A DNA stretch of 64,000 nucleotides from a virus. Lineage: Duplodnaviria; Caudoviricetes. Shown one piece after another: positions 56,902-64,000 of this stretch; position 1 is the first letter of the stretch, and each line of letters opens with the position of its first letter. The position numbers were made by a program, and so were the translations under genes. The notes below the pieces were generated by a model. It was not told the DNA's origin. It worked only from the letters and a program-made list of their open reading frames with translations, and ran no database searches. The stretch spans positions 57,080 to 121,079 of IMG/VR virus record IMGVR_UViG_3300031823_000002; one strand, given 5' to 3'.

Positions 56902-58122
56902 TTACTGCTTTGCGAGTGCTTTTCGAAACCACGCGTCAAAGCGGGGCCAAACGTTACTCCAGTCGAGTTGACTAGGCTGATTCACCCTCTTCCCTAGAAA
57001 ATACTCTATCCTGCCCACCCAGTCCTTAGCGTCAAAGATCGGGCGGTAGCAGTTGTACACGCCTTCCAAATGAAGACGAACTGGATTTATTAACAGGTCT
57101 TGGTCTACAAAATCAACTGCGCCTGCGTATTTTCCGTGAATGCAGGGTGTGCCACAAAACAAGCTCTCGGCTATCGGATAGCCAAAACCCTCACCCGCTC
57201 CGATCCCAAGGGTGACATCGCAAGCCGAGTAAGCTTGGGCCATTTCGTCATCGTCCAGATAGCCCAGCGAGAACATGGCAGTGTCAGCGAGTCCGAAGTC
57301 CACCAGCAGGGCAAAGAGCGACCAGTAGTTCTCCATCTTGTCGGTATGAATCCAGAATCTCGCCTTGGGGTGATGACGATGGAGGAGCATCTCGCAAATC
57401 TCCGCCCACAGTCCCCAGTCCTTGCGGGCCTGATTGGTGGCGACCGCGCCGATCAGGATTTCGTCCTCCCGAATCGGTGGCGGCGTTGTGCCACGCAGGT
57501 TGCCGCAGCCAGTCAGCGACGTGAAGTTCTTACGCGCCTCGCTCCGGTCGCGGGGGTAGAAGATCGCAGGGTCGATGCCGTGCGGGATCGATCCTAAGTC
57601 TCTTTCCTGTGAACGCTCGTTCCCCAGAGAGCGGCGGATGATGTCTTCGCTCCACTGTCCGTAGGCCAGAATACGGTCGAAGCCTAGAAGGCTCTGGACG
57701 AGCGGGTAGGAGAGCGTGTCATGCGGCCCTTCAGCATCGACCGGATTGTAAATCCAGCGCTCGATCTTGGCGGAGGTGAGAAATTGCTTCAGAGGTTCGA
57801 CCCCGCACATTACGTTGGGCCGCGAGAACCAGCCGAGACGACCGGCGTCCCAGACAAAGAGAATGACGCCCGCCTGTTTACCGGCCCAGTCCGCCCAGAC
57901 CTCGGGAAGCGTAGGGAGGACAAAGTCGGCCATGCCTTCAACTGCGTACTGGGGAAATTTAAATCTCTGTGATCCGGGGCCACCATAGCCAAAGCTGGCG
58001 ATGCGGCAAACGTCTTTAAGATTCGCGTCAGCTCGTATAGCGATTTCGCCAGCAATTCGGCCCAATCCTGTTCCTGCGGACACAGCGTCGCTAACGATCA
58101 GCACAGGGGTTGGTGCGACCAT
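56902..58122 (-). CDS. glycosyltransferase family 4 (GT-B)
   Basis: TGLGR, IPHGID, VATNQARKD, YSACDV.....GEGFGYPIAESLFCGTP. Confidence 0.9.
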   Translation of the reverse strand: MVAPTPVLIVSDAVSAGTGLGRIAGEIAIRADANLKDVCRIASFGYGGPGSQRFKFPQYAVEGMADFVLPTLPEVWADWAGKQAGVILFVWDAGRLGWFSRPNVMCGVEPLKQFLTSAKIERWIYNPVDAEGPHDTLSYPLVQSLLGFDRILAYGQWSEDIIRRSLGNERSQERDLGSIPHGIDPAIFYPRDRSEARKNFTSLTGCGNLRGTTPPPIREDEILIGAVATNQARKDWGLWAEICEMLLHRHHPKARFWIHTDKMENYWSLFALLVDFGLADTAMFSLGYLDDDEMAQAYSACDVTLGIGAGEGFGYPIAESLFCGTPCIHGKYAGAVDFVDQDLLINPVRLHLEGVYNCYRPIFDAKDWVGRIEYFLGKRVNQPSQLDWSNVWPRFDAWFRKALAKQ

Positions 58123-58129
58123 GCAGGCC

Positions 58130-58158
58130 AGTCTAGGACGGCGTCCCTAACATGTCAA
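58130..58158 (-). promoter_or_regulatory. sigma70 promoter (leftward)
   Basis: minus strand TTGACA (58158-58153)-N17-TAGACT (58135-58130); ATG of GT4 gene 7 nt downstream. Confidence 0.75.
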
Positions 58159-58189
58159 GCGTATTTACGCATCCATACGCTTACTTGTG

Positions 58190-58218
58190 TTGACACTGAA
58201 ACCGGGTGGTTTTATTCT
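58190..58218 (+). promoter_or_regulatory. sigma70 promoter (rightward; likely reads into the TIGR locus)
   Basis: TTGACA (58190-58195)-N17-TATTCT (58213-58218); ATG 6 nt downstream. Confidence 0.8.
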
Positions 58219-58224
58219 TGAAGT

Positions 58225-58497
58225 ATGGGACAAACGGCGGTAGTAAGAAAACAGCAAACGAGGGCGACAAAAGTGGCCAACACCTTAACCGAGGCTGAGG
58301 TACTCAACATCATGAAGGCCGAACAGGGGGCACAGTCCCTCCGTGAATTCGCGGCCACGATTGGCGTCACCCCGGCATACATTTCGGACATCTACAACGG
58401 CAGGCGTCACCCCGGCGCGAAGGTTCTGGATCATTTCGGCATTGGCAAAACGAGCCAGATTATCGTAGAGTACGTATTCTTCAGAAAGAAGAAATAG
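58225..58497 (+). CDS. XRE/Cro-family HTH regulator
   Basis: SLREFAATIGVTPAYISDIYNGRRHPG. Confidence 0.88.
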   Translation: MGQTAVVRKQQTRATKVANTLTEAEVLNIMKAEQGAQSLREFAATIGVTPAYISDIYNGRRHPGAKVLDHFGIGKTSQIIVEYVFFRKKK

Positions 58498-58515
58498 CCG
58501 GGAGGGCAATCCCCC

Positions 58516-58740
58516 ATGCCCATGATCGAACTGCATGAAGGCTTCTACGTCCGTATTGGCAGCGACATCGCATTTGCGGTAGTCAAGGCAAGCGAGGACG
58601 GAAAAGCGTGCTCTGCGTTTACCGATGGCCAGTCAGCCGTGGATGGAGGCTTCCTCATCCCCTACAAGGCGTCCGAGGTTTGCGAGCAACTGAACGACGC
58701 CGAGGAAGAGCTTTACGGCGAAGAAGGGGACGAAAAGTAG
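58516..58740 (+). CDS. hypothetical protein
   Basis: GGAGG SD, acidic 74 aa. Confidence 0.65.
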   Translation: MPMIELHEGFYVRIGSDIAFAVVKASEDGKACSAFTDGQSAVDGGFLIPYKASEVCEQLNDAEEELYGEEGDEK

Positions 58741-58741
58741 G

Positions 58742-59080
58742 ATGCCGCGTCACGTCTTCGTTGGGGACGCCGTACATCTGAAGCAGTCTCCCTGTCCCGT
58801 CTGCGGCCACAAGCTCGACGGCCTCACCCCCGCCAAATTTGACACCCCTCCTGCCAAGCAGGACGACTGGGTTCCGACCAACACCTCTTTCAGTATCTGC
58901 ATCTACTGCGCATCCATGCTCCGTTTTGAGGGTGAACGCAAACTGCGCAAAGTCACCCCTGAAGACCTCGTGGAACTGCTCAACGCTGAGCCGGAACTCT
59001 TCAGCCTGCTGCATAAGATGGCCGACTTCGCGAACGGGATGATCCGGGATCGGCAGCGCAAGAACTACAGGAAAAACTGA
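58742..59080 (+). CDS. zinc-ribbon protein
   Basis: CPVC...SICIYC. Confidence 0.65.
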   Translation: MPRHVFVGDAVHLKQSPCPVCGHKLDGLTPAKFDTPPAKQDDWVPTNTSFSICIYCASMLRFEGERKLRKVTPEDLVELLNAEPELFSLLHKMADFANGMIRDRQRKNYRKN

Positions 59081-59403
59081 TGCAGGCCAGCGACAGGCTC
59101 AAAACGGTGCTGGGGCTGGGAGACGTGGTCGCCCTGTTCCCGGTGCTTAAGGATTGGAGCACGGATGAGCTACGGGCACTCCTTCGGGATATTGAGGAGT
59201 ACGCCTCTGTGAGTCACAAGGCCATCGATAGAGCGTGGGAAACGGTCGCGTTGTCGCCCAACATTTTCCTGAGTGAAGCGTTGTCGAAGACGGTTGACGA
59301 GTATCGCGACGAAAAGAAGATAGAAGTGATGCAGATTATGTCGGAAATTAGTTCGGTGGCGATGTTCTATTTGAACCAACGTGGAATTAAAATTCCCGAG
59401 TGA
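59080..59403 (+). CDS. hypothetical protein
   Basis: TGATG coupling; stop codon lies inside the first array repeat. Confidence 0.65.
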   Translation: MQASDRLKTVLGLGDVVALFPVLKDWSTDELRALLRDIEEYASVSHKAIDRAWETVALSPNIFLSEALSKTVDEYRDEKKIEVMQIMSEISSVAMFYLNQRGIKIPE

Positions 59404-61325
59404 ACCAATGGGTATGAGAGCGCCAGAGCCTGAGAGTGAAAACCAATAGTTGTGAGCGTGCCAAAGTTTGGGAGTGAACCATACTAATTGCGAGTGCCAT
59501 GATCAATGAGTGAACCGGGCAGGACGAGCGTGCCATGAAGGACGAGTGAACCACATCCAGCGCGAGTGCCATGATTGAAGAGTGAACCAATAATTGGGAG
59601 AGCACCAGAAAGAGGGAAGTGAACCAACGCTGGGAAGAGTGCCAAAGTACGGGAGTGCCAACCATATCCTCTGAGGGTGCCAAATATCGAGCGTGAACCA
59701 AATACGACGTGCGTGCCAATGTAGATGAGTGGGAACCAATATGTGGGAGCGTGCCATGAAACAAGAGTGGGAAAACCAAGTCTGCTGAGAGGGCCAAGAA
59801 AGGTGAGTGCAGCCAAATCTGATGAGAGTGCCAAAGGTGGTGAGCGAAAACCAGAGTGCTTGAGCGTGCCCGGAAAAGTGAGTGAAACCGACTCTACAGA
59901 GGGTGCCAAAATACGGGAGTGAAACCGACTACGGCGTGAGCACCAAAACCCATGAGTGAACCGGAGTTTGTGAGGGTGCCATATCCGGGGAGTGAACCAA
60001 GTGCAAGGAGAGTGCCAAGGTTCATGAGTGAACCACAAACAGCGAGAGCACCATAGGAGTTGAGTGCAACCACGAAGGCTGAGAGTGCCATGAACTCCGA
60101 GTGGAAACCAAATTACGGGAGCGTGCCATATCCGGCGAGTGAACCAGCGAGTAGCGCGAGCGCCAAAGTCTGGGAGTGAACCGATGAGCATGAGCGTGCC
60201 AGAGGTGAGGAGTGAAAACCAATGATGTTGCGAGTGCCGAAAGTCAAGAGTGCAACCCATGTCAAGTGATAGCGCCAAGGGTTGAGAGTGAAACCATATT
60301 TGCCGCGAGTGCCACGCATCGAGAGTGAACCATACATGATGCGAGCACCATGTAATGTGGAGTGAGCCGAAGTAATTGCGAGCGCCAACTACTCAGAGCG
60401 AACCGAATCAGGAGAGAGTGCCAAGAGACGAGTGTGAACCAAATTCATGGAGAGTGCCAAGGGTCGGGAGTGTCCAGCCAGACATTCCGCGAGCGCCAAA
60501 GTCTGGGAGCGGAAATACAACCATGAGCTATGCGAGTACCGGGAGTCCCGAGTGAACCAATGAAGAATGAGAGTGCCATGATTAAGGAGTACCAACCAAA
60601 GGAAGTGAGAGTGCCATTTAGCTGGAGTGAGCCATACGTGACGCGAGTGCCATAGTACCTGAGCGAACCAATGAAACGGAAAGCACCAAAAGGACAGAGT
60701 GAACCAGTTCTTGCGCGAGCACCAAAATCGATGAGTGAACCAGATAACCGGCGAGTGCCAGAAGATGAAGAGTGAACCATCATCGAGGAGTGTGCCAAGG
60801 TTAATGAGTGAACCGTACAGAGGAGAGCACCATAGTTGAGGAGTGAACCAGCGTCAGTGAGCCGCACCACAGTGGAAGAGTGAACCGAGAAAGCGGAGGA
60901 GCACCAACGGAGTGGGAGTGAACCAACGTCAAGGAGAGTGCCAATGTGCCAGAGTGCAACCATGATCGTGGAGAGCGCCACTGAACTGGAGTGAACCAAT
61001 CATGCCGCGAGCACCAAGACGAGTGAGTGAACCATCAACAAAGCGAGTGCCAGAAGTAGGGAGTGAACCGATACTGAAGAGTGCGCCCAGAGATGCGAGT
61101 GAACCACAAGGTATGCGAGCACCATAGGCTAAGAGTGAACCAAACATAGCGGAGAGCACCATGAAAAGGGCGTGAACCATCAAATCGGAGAAGCACCAGA
61201 AGACGAGAGTGAACCAGAAATCCAGAGAGCACCATATGATGAGAGTCGAACCAAGCTGTGAGGGAGCACCAGAGCGGAGAAGTGAATCAAAATCGTAGAG
61301 AGCACCATCGTTCAGGAGTGAAAAT
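59398..61325 (+). repeat. TIGR-like dual-spacer array 1 (52 units of ~36 nt plus a partial unit)
   Basis: alternating GAGTGAACC (length-variable) and GMGAGYRCC (almost always 9 nt) repeats, each followed by a variable ~9-nt spacer; parsed by hand. Confidence 0.9.
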
Positions 61326-61328
61326 CAG

Positions 61329-62222
61329 ATGAGCACCACGCCGATCATTGAAGCCATGGAGCCGCTCAAACGGCTCACGAAAGATTTAGCCAAAGCAGCC
61401 GTCACCCTGTCACCCCACGAAGCGCGGTTTCTGGTAGACGCGTATTACATCATGCAGCACAACCGTATTTCCGCTGCGCATCAGGTACGCACGCTGGACA
61501 AAGGCGATGAGCCGCACAGCGTGATTGACTGGTTCGCAGTACAGAGCGAGATGCTGGAGAATCAGGTCAAACGCGCTCTGGATAAGTGGACCGACGGCCA
61601 GCCGGTCGCGGTCTGGGCGAAGTCGATCTGCGGAATCGGGCCGGTGATCGCGGCAGGGCTGGAAGCCAACATCGATATCAGCCGCTGCGAAACGGCAGGA
61701 CATATCTGGTCGTTTGCTGGACTGAACCCGGATATGAAGTGGGAGAAGAAAACCAAGCGGCCTTACAACGCTTCACTCAAAACCCTGTGCGCCTTTAAGC
61801 TGGGCGAGTCGTTCGTCAAGGTGCAGTCCAACGACAACGACATCTACGGCAGAGTCTTCGTCACCAGAAAGAAACAGGAAGCAGAGTGGAATGAAGCCCT
61901 GAAGTTTGCCGATCTGGCCAAAGAGAGAGCCACCAGCGTTAACAAGAAAACCGATGCCTACAAGGCGTACAGCGTGGGCAAGCTGCCCCCGGCCCACATC
62001 CATGCGCGGGCACGGCGCTACGCGGTAAAACTGTTTTTAGCGCATTACCATATGGTGGCCTACTTCGTGCATCACCAGAAGCTGCCGCCCTTTCCCTACG
62101 CCTTCTCGCACCTCGAAGGACACATCCACTTCATCGCGCCACCCCACGCCGATCTGGTGGATGGCCTGCTGCCTGCGCTCAAAAAGTACGAAGACGAACT
62201 GCGCAAGCGCGGGGAAAAATAA
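61329..62222 (+). CDS. Nop-domain / IS110-Tnp-like RNA-binding protein without a nuclease domain (TasA-like)
   Basis: coiled coil then SICGIGPVIAAGL...IWSFAGLNP...YNASLKT...G..FVK...Y...K...HIHARARRYAVKLFL; no N-terminal DEDD RuvC; no SG catalytic serine after AGLxP; lies between two arrays. Confidence 0.85.
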   Translation: MSTTPIIEAMEPLKRLTKDLAKAAVTLSPHEARFLVDAYYIMQHNRISAAHQVRTLDKGDEPHSVIDWFAVQSEMLENQVKRALDKWTDGQPVAVWAKSICGIGPVIAAGLEANIDISRCETAGHIWSFAGLNPDMKWEKKTKRPYNASLKTLCAFKLGESFVKVQSNDNDIYGRVFVTRKKQEAEWNEALKFADLAKERATSVNKKTDAYKAYSVGKLPPAHIHARARRYAVKLFLAHYHMVAYFVHHQKLPPFPYAFSHLEGHIHFIAPPHADLVDGLLPALKKYEDELRKRGEK

Positions 62223-62237
62223 AAATCCAAGCGACTG

Positions 62238-63309
62238 GAGAGCACTATAAAGAGGGAGTGAATCATAAATTGGGAGAGTGCCAGACATGGTGAGTGAACC
62301 ATGATTGCGGAGAGCACCATAAAAGAAGAGTGAACCAGAGTTCGAGTGAGCACCAAGAGTCCAGAGTTCGAGTGAACACCAAGAGTAGAGAGTGAAACCA
62401 GAAATCCGGAGAGTGCCAAGAATAAAGAGTGAACCCAGTGGTGGGAGCGTACCAATGATCTGGAGTGAATCCAACATCGCTGCGAGTGCCAGAGTACAAG
62501 AGTGAACCATCATCGGAGAGAGGACCATCTTACGGGAGTGAAAACCAAACATCGCGAGAGCACCCAGATCAGTGAGTGAACCAAGAAGCGTGGGAGTACC
62601 AGTGTCACTGAGTGAACCTAGTGGTGGGAGAGCGCCAATGTGTTGGAGTGAACCAGACAACCGGCGAGCACCATAGTGCAGGAGTGAACCACGGTCGAAG
62701 AGAGTGCCAAAAAGAGCAGAGTGAGCCATACGTGAAGCGGGTGCCATAGTACCTGAGCGAACCAACTAGGCATGCGAGTACCAATTCAAGGGAGTGAGCC
62801 AAGTCCCAAGAGAGCGCCACGAGGCAGGAGTTGAACCAGAATTGTTGCGAGCACCACATTAAGCGAGTGAACCAGCTTTAATGCGAGTACCAAAGCCAGC
62901 GAGTGAACCTGTGTACCAGAGGGCACCCAGATGAGTGAGTGAACCAATTATCACGCGAGCACCAGCGTCAAGGAGTGAACCATCATCAAAGCGAGCACCA
63001 CCGCACGGGAGTGAACCATACATCGAGAGAAGCACCAGAGAATCGGCGTGAAACCAAATTTGAGGAGAGTACCAGAGTTTGGGAGTGAGCCATTCAAAGA
63101 GAGCGTACCAAAGTGTAGGAGTGAACCGCACCACGGGAGAGTACCAGAATCAGGGAGTGAAACCATCTCCAACGCGAGCACCAATGTGCCTGAGTGAACC
63201 AGCGATCACGGCGAGCACCAAGACCAGAGAGTGAACCATCAATGAAGCGAGTGCCCAAACGAGAGAGTGAACCATCTCCCATGAGAGTGCCAGAAGTAGG
63301 GAGTGAGCC
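62238..63309 (+). repeat. TIGR-like dual-spacer array 2 (28 units plus partial end units)
   Basis: same two repeats and 9-nt spacers as array 1; first full unit at 62256. Confidence 0.9.
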
Positions 63310-63572
63310 AAAGAAGTATCCCGGAGAAGAGAATGGTTAAGATCGTTTTTGCCGCAACTTTGCCCAACGAATTGTTGCAGTCATTTTTGCAAACGATTCG
63401 CGATTTTGATATGGAGCACGACCCCAACCATGAGGGCAAGGTCCAGATTGAAATGTTGACCGAGTCTGACTGGCCGGTGGACAAGATGGCCGAGGTTCTG
63501 AGTTCGTTCACCCCCAAGCCGCAATTTATGTACGTCGAAAAATTCGATAAAACAGGCGAGTCTAAAAAATGA
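63303..63572 (+). CDS. hypothetical protein
   Basis: ORF right after array 2; start GTG 63303 or ATG 63333. Confidence 0.6.
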   Translation: MSQRSIPEKRMVKIVFAATLPNELLQSFLQTIRDFDMEHDPNHEGKVQIEMLTESDWPVDKMAEVLSSFTPKPQFMYVEKFDKTGESKK

Positions 63573-63901
63573 TCCACATGTTACAAGTCCTGTGCGGTCC
63601 AAAGCGGCACGCAATCTACGGCATCATGTACGACGACAAGGACATATCTCCAGCGGACGCGATGAAGGGGCTGGAGCTTATGGTCGAGGAAGATATAGCC
63701 CTTGGCAAACTCAATCGCCGCTGCGAAGTTTGCGACAAGCCTGTATTTAAATTCTTATACGAAGACGGCATCAGCAAAGAACAGGACTGGGCGAAGGCAA
63801 AAGCAATTTCTGAGCGGTTACAGGCCGAACAGATGGTGGCACGAGAATTCGCGCTGCGTTGGAAAGGGAGATGCACGTGGTCTGCGTGGATTGCTTCGTA
63901 A
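63569..63901 (+). CDS. hypothetical protein (Cys-containing)
   Basis: ATGA overlap; LC..RHA...CEVC pattern. Confidence 0.6.
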   Translation: MIHMLQVLCGPKRHAIYGIMYDDKDISPADAMKGLELMVEEDIALGKLNRRCEVCDKPVFKFLYEDGISKEQDWAKAKAISERLQAEQMVAREFALRWKGRCTWSAWIAS

Positions 63902-64000
63902 AGCTCGTTCAGGAGCACACCGTCATACTCGGCGGATCGATACGGCACGGAGTGGTGATCGAATGAGCATGATGTGGTTTGGGAAATGGCACCCTGCACC

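Noticed and set aside
61329-62222. IS110/IS116 transposase of an insertion sequence
   Set aside because: It shares only the C-terminal Tnp/Nop motifs. It lacks the DEDD RuvC domain and catalytic serine, and its context is a guide array.
59387-63282. Numerous minus-strand ORFs (GSL/WFT/VHS-rich) across the arrays
   Set aside because: They are translations of the 18/36-nt periodic repeat, open in several frames at once. Repeat indels are not multiples of three, so there is no coding constraint.
59398-63309. CRISPR array
   Set aside because: Repeats are 9 nt, of two alternating types, with 9-nt spacers. There are no 23-50-nt repeats and no cas operon.
1-64000. tRNA/rRNA genes, integrase, att sites, self-targets of the array spacers, host assignment
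   Set aside because: None recognised by eye. tRNAscan-SE, an exhaustive split-spacer search and database comparison are needed, so absence is not established.

Overview
This window is most of a tailed dsDNA phage genome with a podovirus-like gene order. It has early/accessory small ORFs (1-8.7 kb), a + strand morphogenesis block (8.8-52.9 kb), a - strand glycosylation/methylation cassette with a multi-C2H2 zinc-finger gene (52.9-58.1 kb), and a + strand operon starting at an HTH gene (58.2 kb onward). The morphogenesis block holds terminase, portal, scaffold, capsid, three paralogous decoration-like genes, fibres/tailspikes, lysozyme, tail proteins, ejection proteins and a 2458-aa polyvalent protein. 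The standout feature is at 59.4-63.3 kb. A nuclease-less Nop/IS110-Tnp-like protein (61329-62222) is flanked by two long arrays of ~36-nt dual-repeat, dual-spacer units (GAGTGAACC-N9-GMGAGYRCC-N9; 52 and 28 complete units by hand count). This is the architecture of a TIGR-Tas (TasA-type) RNA-guided system. Other signals: a recurring motif+hairpin leader at five sites in the late region, back-to-back sigma70 promoters that both predict leaderless mRNAs, signal-peptide-bearing tailspike paralogues, a cluster of DnaA-box-like sites and several protamine-like micro-ORFs. All product calls come from motif recognition and synteny, not from database searches.
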